This document shows positions 51,430 to 62,097 of a stretch of DNA of 64,000 bases, in pieces (the first letter of the stretch is position 1; each line of letters starts with the position of its first letter). The DNA comes from Amoebidium appalachense (taxonomy: Eukaryota; Protista; Ichthyosporea). The position numbers were made by a program, and so were the translations under genes. Under the pieces are notes generated by a model. The model saw only the letters and a list, made by a program, of their open reading frames with translations, was not told where the DNA came from and made no database searches. Location of the stretch: assembly GCA_963693365.1 (NCBI GenBank), contig CAVNZM010000018.1, positions 2,448,411 to 2,512,410 of the forward strand, read 5' to 3'.

Positions 51430-52044
51430 AGAACAAAAAGCACACACAAGCAAACACACGGGTGCCACGTGCACACCACCACCATCAAACCACTGGGGAA
51501 AAAAAGGGGCTGGTATTTCCGAGGTTATGCACAATCCCCAAGCGTTGGATCCACCACGTGCAGGTGAGTCAATGTAGATAGGCACATTGCGCAAACCCAT
51601 TCATATCGAATTGCTAGCCTTGTCATGTGAAGTTTCAGACACATCCATGTATGGAACACTGAACCTCGTGCCGAGCTCCGGGCGTAGGGAAGGTGTCACA
51701 ATCTCAACTATCCATCTTCACGGTGAGACCTGATGCGTAGACGGAAGGGTGGCGTAATCGATGTCCTTGGACGGCAGGAAGTCATGATTGTGATGGTACC
51801 GGTGTCTTCTCATCTTTAAAAAAAAAAAAAAAAAAAAGGTCACAAACAGAAAGGCGTCATCCTGTAGATCAAATGAAAACTGATGGATTGAAGGGCAAAG
51901 AAAGGGAAAGGCAAGAGAGGGGAGAAACGGCGAAAAAGTGAGGTTGGGGTGATGTGGGGGTCTATGTGTGTGTGTTTCGGTGTGCAGTGGGGGAAGCACT
52001 TTATGAAACCAGGCGCTTGCATTGATAAAAAACGAAAAGGCAAG

Positions 52045-52085
<41 letters not shown>

Positions 52086-52273
52086 CCCCCCTCTCCCCCG
52101 GGGCATCACCCCGGTCTCTAATATAAATCAAGAATTACAGCTATTCCAGCTCGTAGTTAGTGTAGCATGCACACGAGGTTCACATCGACGAATTGCAGTA
52201 CGAAAAACGAACCGAGCATATGCCCGGAAAAGTGTGCCCGGTGGTGGTGGTGGTGGTGGTGGTTGGGGAGGGA

Positions 52274-52323
<50 letters not shown>

Positions 52324-52325
52324 GG

Positions 52326-52661
52326 GGTTGAATGCGGAACACGGTACGAAGTACATATGCACGACGAGAAGCATGGTGCAGGACACATGCTAAGGCAAAC
52401 CTTCAAGTATGCAACATCAGCAATGTGCACAGTATGTGTCATAAGCAGAGCTCATCTTCAGGGAGGGCGGGGAGGAGGGGGGGGGGGGGGGGGGGGGGGG
52501 TTGTGAAGTACACAAGAACAAACGGATAACACGATGCAGAATGCAAGCCATACAAAAAGAGTATGCACAATAAGCAGAGCCCAATGGCATCCTCAGGGGG
52601 GGCCCACGTCATCCACAGTACCCGAGTTTCGACCTATTCCCCTCGTTAACGAAACCCAACT

Positions 52662-52662
<1 letters not shown>
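52326..52662 (-). mobile_element. Two adjacent antisense copies of the CTGANGA repeat family (subfamily C 52326-52466, subfamily A 52501-52662)
   Basis: Reverse complements of 3551-3692 and 31425-31575, each bounded by poly-G tracts. Confidence 0.8.
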
Positions 52663-52697
<35 letters not shown>

Positions 52698-53026
52698 GAG
52701 GAGAAGGGGGCAGAGTTTACATTTAAACTTGACATGAGAAATGTTCATATGAACGATAAAGGTGAAGGAGAAGACCGGAAGAGAGGGGGGCTATGGAGCA
52801 GCAGGCAGCAAAAGCATGCAGCCATCAGTCAGATCTAGACCAAACATAGAATTACTCCATTAAATCATAAAAAAATCAAAAACTAACATTTCAAAACTAA
52901 AAAGGCCACACCTTAAATCACACAGCGCTGGGGAACCTACTCTTCTGTGTGTGCTCGAGTACCCCGGCTACGACTCTCATGTCTGTCTCTATGACGCGCG
53001 ACCAGTTCTCAACATCACCGATTTCC

Positions 53027-53084
<58 letters not shown>

Positions 53085-53385
53085 TGCGGGGGAGGGAGGA
53101 AGAGGGGTGGAGGGGAGGGGGGAGTTAGAATTAAAAAGGTTGCACAAAGTACAAAAGCAACAACGAATCGAAGACCACATTTTGGTTCAGAGAACTCCAT
53201 TGAACAACTGAGTTTGGGACACAGAAATCGTTGAGAAGAAGGTAGGGGGGAACGGGAAGAAAGGGGGGGGGGGGAGAGGGGGGAGGGGGGGGGGGGGGGA
53301 GAAAGGGGATTTAAAACACGTGCATACACTTGTTTGTTTGTTTGTGTGTGTGTATGTGTGTGTGTGTGTATGTGTGTATGTGTGT

Positions 53386-53432
<47 letters not shown>

Positions 53433-53882
53433 GTTATGTACACCCTTTTGCGTTTCTGTATGTGTGTGTATGTGTATATATGCGTGTGCAGTGTGCCATT
53501 GCGAGAGTGTGTGTGAGCATGCGGTCGAAAACTAAATCACTTCAAAACAAGGACACAAGTGTAGTACACGTGGGCATGTGGTCGACGGCATGGTCTGCTG
53601 TGTATGCGTAATGGTAACTGCTGTTTCTATGTTCTACCAATTCTTCGTATCTTTGTCCTGATTCACATGTGTTCATTCGTTTCATTTGTCCGCAACAGCT
53701 CCCATATCAGTATGTGATACACACCTGGTGTGCTTCGTGCGCGAGATCTGTGTGAGTACACACAATACGCATCATGCTTAGAGCCGTGTGCTTGCATGAG
53801 TGTGCACGTGCTTGTGTATGCGCGCATGTGTGGGAAGCTGGCTAAGCTACTATGAGGATTTGCTGGCGGGGGGAGGGGGGAG

Positions 53883-54492
53883 TGTAAACAGTTGAACTAG
53901 TTGGGATAAGGCAGAGAACAACTGAATCAGAATAAAGACAGAGAACGGGTAGTAAGGCACACGCGGCCAGGTTACTATTTAATGTGCTCGTTCAGAGTGA
54001 TCCCCCGTACTGGGACGGCTTGTTTATATAGCCCCCAGGTTCCGGATCATCTGGATGGGTGGCATTGATGCCTTCGTGACTTCTGACCAGTCAGAAGAGT
54101 GCGGTCGTCTTTATGTGCACACAGTGCACCAATAACATGAAGCTAACTAAAAGGATAACTTTGTGGCAAATGATTGGTCAATACTTAAGCCCGTTTAGGT
54201 TTATGCAACTGGGTCTGATTTCCTTATTGGTTCCGTTCGTTTAGCTATAGATGTCGCCTCCGTAGTGGATGAGACTTGCATTCCTATCCTAGCGGTTCTC
54301 GAATTCTATTGGTTCATACTGACTGCACGGCCACTGCATATTGCCGGCGCCGCGGCTCAGTCGTGAGCCGCAGCCCGCGGCTGTCGCGTGTGATATTGAT
54401 CTGATCATATGTACACAATATCTACGTAATCACTATGATATGTACAGTATATTCGTAATAGTAAACATGTACGGCGTGTACAGATGTTTACA
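53883..54492 (-). repeat. 3' LTR (610 bp)
   Basis: Termini TGTAAACA...TGTTTACA form an 8-bp inverted repeat; it matches 61511-62097 with only two differences seen (54301/61929, 54428/62056). Confidence 0.95.
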
Positions 54493-54506
54493 CTCCCCCC
54501 CTTCTC
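54493..54506 (-). promoter_or_regulatory. Polypurine tract
   Basis: GAGAAGGGGGGGAG on the minus strand directly before the 3' LTR. Confidence 0.9.
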
Positions 54507-54557
54507 GGGAGCCTGGTGGTATGGTCTGGAGACGGTAAACCACCAGGCTGAGGGAAG

Positions 54558-54775
54558 TTAGCGACGTCGGCGCTTCTTTCGTGCGGGCTGGCTGGCAGGG
54601 CCGGCCACCAAAGTACCTAGGTAGTCTGTGAGTGCTCCTGCGGCTGTGTCTTGCAGGCCGGAGTGAGGTTCCCAGGTGTCGTTCTTAGCCGTGTACCCTT
54701 TCCAACGAACTTTGTAAAGGGCTTGGGCAGTTGCCGAGTCGTACTTGTGGGCAATAATTTTTGCCACTTCGAAGG
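54558..54775 (-). CDS. Integrase C-terminal chromodomain plus basic NLS (out of frame with the integrase core)
   Basis: FEVAKIIAHK..YKVRWKGYTAKNDTWEP retains the F/W/Y aromatic-cage residues; ends RKKRRRR-stop. Confidence 0.9.
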
Positions 54776-57165
54776 TGGGGGTGGGTGAATCCAGAGTCGG
54801 CTGGCGTCATATCAACGTCGTCACGGGGAAAATACGGCTTCAAGTGACGTGCGTGTGCTCGAACGGTGTCCGTTGACCCAACCCGCTGAATTTCGTAAGA
54901 CATGGGGGCGTCGGTAACGCGCCGCAGGACGCGATACGGACCTTCCCATTTAGGTCTGAGTGCCGTGGGTAGACTGTGGTCGGTGGTGGAGTCTGTGACT
55001 GCTTTCAACACCAGACCCTCGAGTTCTGTGGGTTCACGAGCATTTTTGTTAGCCGTGATTTTACTACGACGGGCAGCTTCAGACATAATTCGTGTGACTG
55101 TTTGCCGGGCATACTGCACTCGTTGCAGTAGTTCTCGACGGTATTCCTCCGTCTCCATCCCACATGAAGCCGCAATTGGGGGGCGGGGGGGCTCGACCGG
55201 ATCTCTGCCATAAAGCATGAAGAATGGCGTGTCCCCCAAGGAAGAGTGGTAGGCGGTGCGGTAGGAAAACAGTACTTGCGGTAAGTAGTCAATCCATTCG
55301 TGGTGTTTATCCTGCACGAGAGTGGCAAGAATATTCTTAAGTGTGCGATTGAATCGCTCTACGGCACCATTGGTCTGGGGGCTGTAGGGACTTGCAAAAA
55401 TTCGTTTTGTAGCCAACACTCGACAGACATCTGTGACCAACATAGCTGCCAAATTCGCGCCGTTGTCTGATACTAAAAATTCCGGACGACCGTGACGGCA
55501 GTAGATGGAGTCTTCGAATGCCTTTGCCACATCTTCGGCTGTGGGTGTTTTGTGAAATAAAATCACTTCCGGCCAGCGAGTGAAGAGGTCGAGAAACACC
55601 AACAGGGAAACTCTGAGATCAGATTTCGTAGGCATCTCAGTAATGTCCATAGACACGTATTGAAAGGGATAGGTGGGGATAAAACCATCGTGAATTCGTA
55701 GTTTCTTTTGCATTCGGGGTGTCTTCCGGTATTGACAGGCTTTGCATGTGGTTACCCACTGCACCGAGTCTTGCCATACACGTGGCCACCATGCTATCTG
55801 GGTAACACGGTGGAAGGTGCGTGCTGCGTCGAGGTGACCTGCGGTTGGGGCGTCGTGACATGCGGCCAAAACGAGGCGCACAAGCGTAGGCGGCACCCAA
55901 ATTCGTGGTTCCTTGCTGGGTTTGCGGGGGCCACGCTGTTCTAGGACCCACACATACACAAGGTCATTGTCTATGGTGCAGCGACTAGCTTCCATCGCGA
56001 TTTCGTTGCCAAATAATTCGTAGCCCGGTGCTTTTTCCAGGTAGGCCCTGACTTTCGCAATGTGTTTATCAGCCTTCTGTGCTGACACATACTGTTCATA
56101 GGTGGGCATTCGTCCATCCGCTTTTGGGGGAATAAATTCTGGCGGCGTGGTATTAGGTTTCGTGGGTTCAGCTGGGGGTGGGTGGGTGGCAGCTTGTGCC
56201 TGCGCTGTCGCTGCGGCGGAGCGTGTTACCGCAAACACCGTGGACGAGCCCGAGACTGTGCCGATCAGTGAGGGGTATGTCAGCTCAGTATCTTCGGGTC
56301 CTGGTTGCGCATTTTCTTTAGATGGCCGAGAGAGTCCATCAGCATTGCTGTGGTGTTTGCCCGCCCTGTGCTGAATTTCGTATGTGTATGCGGAAAGCGC
56401 CATTTGCCAGCCTGCAACAACAGGTTCCGGTGCATCGCCGGTAGACAGAATGCGCGTCAAGCTGGAGTGGTCGGTTCGTAACAAGAAAGGAGCCCCATAG
56501 GTGTAAGCGCGAAATGCTTTGCACACAGCCCAATACACACCTAAGGCTTCCCTTTTATTCGCCGCATAATTTCGTTCACTCTTAGAGAGTGTTCTGCTAG
56601 CATAAGCTATGGGTCGTTCTTTGCCGTCATCACCTACCTGCGAAATCACTGCGCCCAGAGCATACTGTGAAGCATCTGAGTCAACAATAAAAGGTTTGGT
56701 GAAATCGGGGTGAGCAAGCACAGGTGCATTAATTAACGCATTCTTAAGGGTATCGTATGCTTTCTCCTGTTCCGTACCCCACACCCATGCAGCATTTTTC
56801 TGTGCTTTCTTTTTCGTGGCCAAAATAGCTGCAGAATCGGCGTGCAAATTTTTTGCTTCGTCTTTTCGTTGTTTTGCGCTGCCGTTGCGTTTGGCGGGTT
56901 TCGTAGAGGGGGGCATTTTTGCGTGAATTCGTTTTAGTAATTCTGAATCCTCCTTCGAGGTGCCCAGCATTCGCGTGAGTGGTTCAGCCGTATGGCTGAA
57001 ATCGTCCACAAATATTCGATAATATGAAAATAACCCGAGGTCACTTCGTAGCTCAGATAAATTTTGTGGGTAGCTTTTATTCTTTATTGCTGCCACTTTT
57101 TCTGGGTCTACCTTAATACCATCCGGGCATACGCGATGGCCTAAATAGCCAACTTCTTCCATGAA
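54776..57165 (-). CDS. pol: Pol: RT C-terminus, RNase H, integrase
   Basis: EVGYLGH; DSDASQYALGAV, REALG, TDH and HSNADGLSR (RNase H); HDAPTAGH..CKAC zinc finger; SMD/SDNG/ERFN D,D35E triad; WEGPY module. Confidence 0.95.
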
Positions 57166-57172
57166 CAACTTT

Positions 57173-58495
57173 GAAAGAGCATTTTCTGCCTTTCAGTTTT
57201 AATCCTGCATCACAGAGCCGGGAAAAACATGAATCTAAATGCCCAAAATGTTCTTCGATAGTGGGTGACATAACTAATATATCATCGAGATATATGAGTA
57301 CATGTGTCCACAGCATACCAGCGAATACACGGTTCATCATCCTTGAAAAGACAGCAGGCATGTTACTTACTCCAAAAGGTGCGCGTGCGAATTGATACTG
57401 CCCCCAGGGGGTGGTAAATGCAAGTTTTTCTTTGTCGTTATCGGCTACTTTGACTTGGTGGTAACCACCGTTTAAATCAAGTGCGGAAAACACGCGGGCA
57501 CCTCTGAGCATACCCAGAGCCATGTCAATTCGTGGTAAAGGGTAACCGTCTTTCTTCGTAATCAAGTTCAGCATTCTAAAATCAATGCAGACTCTTAAAG
57601 ACCCGTCCTTTTTCGCCACCAACACCATCGGAGCGGAGTAAGGGCTGGACGCAGGCTCAATCACTCCAAACTCTACCCAATTTTGAATTTGTTTGTGTAG
57701 GCTATCGCGAAGGTGATGTGGGATGTTATAGGGCCTGCGGTACTGTGGTATGGTGGTAGTTACTTCGATCGACAGTTCGTCTAAGGTACTCAAACCAAAG
57801 TCGTTGTCGTGTGCAGAGAACACATGCTTCCATTTCTTAAGCAGTTTTCGTATCCGTTTCGCCAACGGTTTCCGTTGGTCTGGGGGAGTTCCAGGCATGT
57901 CGTATTCTTCTGGAGGTTTGACCCCAAAAGGCAAGTCGTCGTCTGTGGCGGCTTCCCCGTCGGAGGTACATTCGTGCGTACGCTTTCGTAAATTATTCGT
58001 ATCCTCCAGTGCAGTGGTAGATGGTGCCCCATCTGCTGCTTCGATAGTAGGTGGCCCTACCTCTGGTTTTGTTCGTGCTGGATTACCAAAACCATTCATT
58101 TTCGTGGAACTGCGCTGTGTGGTGTTCTCTTTCGTACTCATATTCATAATTTTACTCCGTTCACACACCTTAATACTACCGTTAATATTAGTAGCCGCCT
58201 GGAAAGTGTGTGGTTCGTGTTCGGTGGGTTCTTCGGTTGATTCCTGCGAAGAAAAGTTCGTTTTAGCAGAGGTACCTAATGGATGGCCAGGGTGTGGGGT
58301 TGTCGCCCTCCTGGTTCCATTACCGGAGTGTGGGCGTGCTAAAAGAGTAACAGTGTCATCTGATTGCAAGGGAATAAACATGGCCACCTCCGTACCAGGG
58401 CCTAGGTACACATGATGGTCCGATGTGTTAGTCAACAACACCTTGCATTCGTATTCGTCCTCGATCACACTTTCTTCGCTAGTGGAGAGGGGGGT
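57173..58495 (-). CDS. pol: Pol: reverse transcriptase
   Basis: SSPYSAPMVLVAKKDGSLRVCIDFRMLN, YPLPRID, DLNGGYHQ, PFGVSNMP, YLDD. Confidence 0.95.
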
Positions 58496-59457
58496 TCGTT
58501 ATTCGAAATTCGAGCTAAACTGGTGACACTGCATGCTGTTGTGTAAGCCCGTGAATTAAGTGGACCACATGGAACCACTGTGCCCATACAACAGTCTAAA
58601 GTTCGTGGTGGTGGTGCGCCGGCAGCGAGTTTTATTTTACACGTTGCGATATTTGACGCATCTACCGGGAGGTGAATACCTGTGGTGGTAATTAATACGC
58701 GAGAAACAGCTGTCTCCTCCGCACTCCCACGCAACCACCACACCGGAATACTGCACCTGCGATTTCCCTTAGCATACATGAACGAAAGTTCTGCAGCACC
58801 GTAATCAATTCGTCCCTGTTGTGGCCCCATGAAATCAACACCTAATAAGGCATCATATGGTAGATTATCAATCACATGCCATCTGTGCACCACTAGAGCA
58901 GATTCGTTGGGAATGGCGAGAGTGAGAGATATACTTCCTTGGCATGTCATTTCGTTACTTTGTGCATCCAGTACACTAAAATTAGGAACATGCTGAATTC
59001 GTTTTCTTGCCACTACAGGGAGAGATTCGTAAAATGCTGTGCTTATACAGCTATGGCTAGCACCAGAGTCGACAACTACTGTGACTAGCTTCCCATGCAC
59101 ATACATTCGCGCAAGTGTGGCTGTGCATTTATTTTCGTGGGTTAATGTGCACACAGTGGCATTTTCATGCCGTGGTTCTGCAATGGAGGAGTGCACACGG
59201 TCAGCAAAATGCACATTTTTCTTTTTGCGCGGGGGCGGGGTGTGCGTGTGCATGGGGGGGTCAGTACACGGGGGTAACTGTTCGTGGGGGGGTGGGGCAC
59301 ATGCAGATTCGTGGGAGGGCTCCGAGACAACAGAAATTTCCGCACCAGTAGATTTATTTTGCAATTTATCTGCCAGAGGGGAACACAGTTCCAGCTCTGC
59401 TATTAAATCAAATACATTATGTTCTACTGGGGAGAGACCAGTCCCTTGCCCGCCTTC
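58465..59457 (-). CDS. pol: Pol: aspartic protease region, in frame with gag after one TAG
   Basis: VVVDSGASHSCIS active site and DALLGVDFM; the 31 codons between the gag TAG and ORF 59364 are open in the same frame. Confidence 0.9.
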   Translation of the reverse strand, partial: EGGQGTGLSPVEHNVFDLIAELELCSPLADKLQNKSTGAEISVVSEPSHESACAPPPHEQLPPCTDPPMHTHTPPPRKKKNVHFADRVHSSIAEPRHENATVCTLTHENKCTATLARMYVHGKLVTVVVDSGASHSCISTAFYESLPVVARKRIQHVPNFSVLDAQSNEMTCQGSISLTLAIPNESALVVHRWHVIDNLPYDALLGVDFMGPQQGRIDYGAAELSFMYAKGNRRCSIPVWWLRGSAEETAVSRVLITTTGIHLPVDASNIATCKIKLAAGAPPPRTLDCCMGTVVPCGPLNSRAYTTACSVTSLARISNNEPPSPLAKKV

Positions 59458-61458
59458 CTATTCTACACGTGCTCTCTTGAACTTGGCCCGATTAGCCTCA
59501 ATCTCTGCCTTGCGGGTTCCCTTCTTAAAGTTGGGGTCGTACTTGGGGCAAATTGGTGACCCCCCAAAGTGCCCCTTCTGCTTGCAGGAGTGGCATTCGA
59601 ATTTGAGGGCCGGGCACGTCTTGCCTTCGGCGTGGCTGCCGTACTTGCACCCACGGTTGCAGGGGGTGGTGCCCATGCGCGAAAAAATAGACGGCTTCTC
59701 GCTGGCACCAGATCCACCACCGGGTTGCGGTTTTGTGGGGGGTTTCTGTGTTAGAATGGTGGATGGGGTTCGTGTGTGCCTGTCTCTTTCTTTTTCTGCG
59801 AGATAGGCAACAACTCCAGACAGGGTCAATTCTTCTTCTTTTCGTGTTTGTCTGAGTTGATATTTGCGAAATTCTTGTTCGTCTTCCCCACCCAATCGGT
59901 GAGACAAATCCAAAATTTGGTGTGCCTCAGACTTAAGGGGGTACACACGTGCCCACAAACGCGCATGCCTGCTTGCAAATTCGGCCACCTTTTGCTTGCC
60001 TTGTTTGAGTGCATTTAATTCGGCACTGAGTGCCTCTTGCACACGCTGGTCGTGAAATTTCGTAACTAGTGCATGTGCAAATGCATCAAACGTGAGTTCT
60101 CCCTGTGTCCTGGTAAAATTCGTGTACCACACACGGGCGGGGGAAGCAAGAGGAAAGCACTGCACCGCCCAGCGAACAGCAAGTGTGGGGGGGACCCCTG
60201 CAATGCAAAACATCTGCTGGGAAAATTCGTGCAGCCATTCAATCACCGTGCATTTATCCTGCAAGTCACCCTTGTATTCTGGTAGTTTCAATGCAGCCAA
60301 GATGGGGCCGTATTCGGATGCATGCAACTGGCGGAGAGGGTGCAACCACAGTTTTTCGTGCTCTGCAAAGTGCTTGTTCAATATAGACCCAGCCTTACCT
60401 CCTGAGCCTGTGCTGACATCAGAGCCTCTCGGGCGACTTGGCGTGCCTGCCAGTCCACCTGCAGACGCCAGAGGGGATCCTGCAAGGGGGATTTCGTTAA
60501 ATACGGGTGCTTTAGGCTGGTCGAAGTGATCTTCTTCATGCACTTTCGCAGTCATGTGTTCGTTTTCGTTTGTGGGTGTGTCTTCGTAACTTTGTTCGTG
60601 TTTTTCTTCATTTTCAGCATCAGAATCAGTGTAGCTGAGTGTGCGCGCAAGCACATCCTTATATGTAAATTTAGTGGGGGGTGCGGGAGGTGCAATTACC
60701 TTGGGATCAGTGCACCCAGATGGGACCGGGGACAAAGGCTTCTTGCCTGTGGTGGGTGGGGGAGGACGGGGGGTGGTGGGCACCGTCGTATTTTTCACAC
60801 GTGCCTCAGCCACCAACTGTGCTTCCCGCTCCAACTCAGACCATTTCGCGGACGTGCACAACATTCTAGACAGTGTGGTGTCTTCCATCTGCGAAATCTC
60901 ACTGTAAATCTGCGCGACATCAGCTTCGAGGTCCATCACAGGCCGCCCAGCATCGATTGCAGTTTGAATGGCACGTCTCAGAGTTTCAATACGATAGAAC
61001 TTGGAGAGAACACGGCCCCGCACCTCTGCCAGAGCTGTGGCAGTGTCCCGGTCTTGTTTCGTTTTTTCCTTCGTTGCTACTTGAAGTTCGTTCGTGTGTT
61101 TGTTGGTGTTCGTGTGTTCGTTGGTGTTCGTATGTTCGTTGGTTTTCGTGTGTTCGTTGCGCTTCGTTTTGTCTTTGGGTTTCGTGCTTTCGTTGGGCTT
61201 CGTTTGTTCGTTGCCAGTGGGCTTCGTAGTTGCCTTTGTGTTCGTGTGTGTGTTGGGTTTTGTGATCGTGTTCGGTTTCTGGGGAGCACGAGGCTGTGTA
61301 GGGGGAGGGGTGGGGAGTGTTTTCGTGCCCTGCCCCGGAGTCTTGGCTTTCTTCTGCGTTGGGGGCGGCGGTTTGACTGCGGTAGGCTTCTTGGTGTCAC
61401 GTGTCAGTTTGCTTTCATTGTCCGAGAGTACAGGGTAGTCGTCAAATTCGCCCGCCAT
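59458..61458 (-). CDS. gag: Gag (666 aa)
   Basis: GCCATGG start; retrotransposon capsid motifs (ARVWY..LTFDAF..LKQGKQKVAEF); zinc knuckle CHSCKQKGHFGGSPIC preceded by a second Cys/His cluster; N-terminal NEHT(N/K)T repeats. Confidence 0.93.
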   Translation of the reverse strand: MAGEFDDYPVLSDNESKLTRDTKKPTAVKPPPPTQKKAKTPGQGTKTLPTPPPTQPRAPQKPNTITKPNTHTNTKATTKPTGNEQTKPNESTKPKDKTKRNEHTKTNEHTNTNEHTNTNKHTNELQVATKEKTKQDRDTATALAEVRGRVLSKFYRIETLRRAIQTAIDAGRPVMDLEADVAQIYSEISQMEDTTLSRMLCTSAKWSELEREAQLVAEARVKNTTVPTTPRPPPPTTGKKPLSPVPSGCTDPKVIAPPAPPTKFTYKDVLARTLSYTDSDAENEEKHEQSYEDTPTNENEHMTAKVHEEDHFDQPKAPVFNEIPLAGSPLASAGGLAGTPSRPRGSDVSTGSGGKAGSILNKHFAEHEKLWLHPLRQLHASEYGPILAALKLPEYKGDLQDKCTVIEWLHEFSQQMFCIAGVPPTLAVRWAVQCFPLASPARVWYTNFTRTQGELTFDAFAHALVTKFHDQRVQEALSAELNALKQGKQKVAEFASRHARLWARVYPLKSEAHQILDLSHRLGGEDEQEFRKYQLRQTRKEEELTLSGVVAYLAEKERDRHTRTPSTILTQKPPTKPQPGGGSGASEKPSIFSRMGTTPCNRGCKYGSHAEGKTCPALKFECHSCKQKGHFGGSPICPKYDPNFKKGTRKAEIEANRAKFKRARVE

Positions 61459-61498
61459 GGTTGAAGAGATTCTTGAAAGATGTGAGATTCTGGAACTG

Positions 61499-61509
61499 CG
61501 CGGTCGCCA
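61499..61509 (-). promoter_or_regulatory. Primer-binding site, tRNA-Arg-like
   Basis: TGGCGACCGCG lies one base inside the 5' LTR and is complementary to a tRNA ending CGCGGUCG-CCA, as I recall for eukaryotic tRNA-Arg(UCG). Confidence 0.7.
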
Positions 61510-61510
61510 A

Positions 61511-62097
61511 TGTAAACAGTTGAACTAGTTGGGATAAGGCAGAGAACAACTGAATCAGAATAAAGACAGAGAACGGGTAGTAAGGCACACGCGGCCAGGT
61601 TACTATTTAATGTGCTCGTTCAGAGTGATCCCCCGTACTGGGACGGCTTGTTTATATAGCCCCCAGGTTCCGGATCATCTGGATGGGTGGCATTGATGCC
61701 TTCGTGACTTCTGACCAGTCAGAAGAGTGCGGTCGTCTTTATGTGCACACAGTGCACCAATAACATGAAGCTAACTAAAAGGATAACTTTGTGGCAAATG
61801 ATTGGTCAATACTTAAGCCCGTTTAGGTTTATGCAACTGGGTCTGATTTCCTTATTGGTTCCGTTCGTTTAGCTATAGATGTCGCCTCCGTAGTGGATGA
61901 GACTTGCATTCCTATCCTAGCGGTTCTCAAATTCTATTGGTTCATACTGACTGCACGGCCACTGCATATTGCCGGCGCCGCGGCTCAGTCGTGAGCCGCA
62001 GCCCGCGGCTGTCGCGTGTGATATTGATCTGATCATATGTACACAATATCTACGTGATCACTATGATATGTACAGTATATTCGTAATAGTAAACATG
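61511..62097 (-). repeat. 5' LTR, outer ~23 bp missing
   Basis: Copy of 53883-54469; TATATAAA on the minus strand at 61658-61651 with upstream CCAAT boxes. Confidence 0.93.

Larger units (their letters stand above)
53883..62097 (-). mobile_element. Ty3/Gypsy LTR retrotransposon with chromodomain integrase (chromovirus-type), near full length
   Basis: Two direct LTRs, PBS, PPT and domain order gag-PR-RT-RNaseH-IN-chromodomain. Confidence 0.97.

Noticed and set aside
51500-51815. Possible LINE or gene fragment on the minus strand (YIDSPARGGSNAWGL)
   Set aside because: The frames are short and inconsistent, and the resemblance to the RT-tail GGLG motif is too weak.
58465-58495. Programmed pro-pol ribosomal frameshift
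   Set aside because: No canonical X XXY YYZ slippery heptamer in the short overlap, and the shift interrupts a continuous domain; a homopolymer indel is simpler.
60526-61464. 312-aa plus-strand ORF (and 57750-58415, 59039-59806)
   Set aside because: Antisense shadows of gag/pol with no independent motifs.
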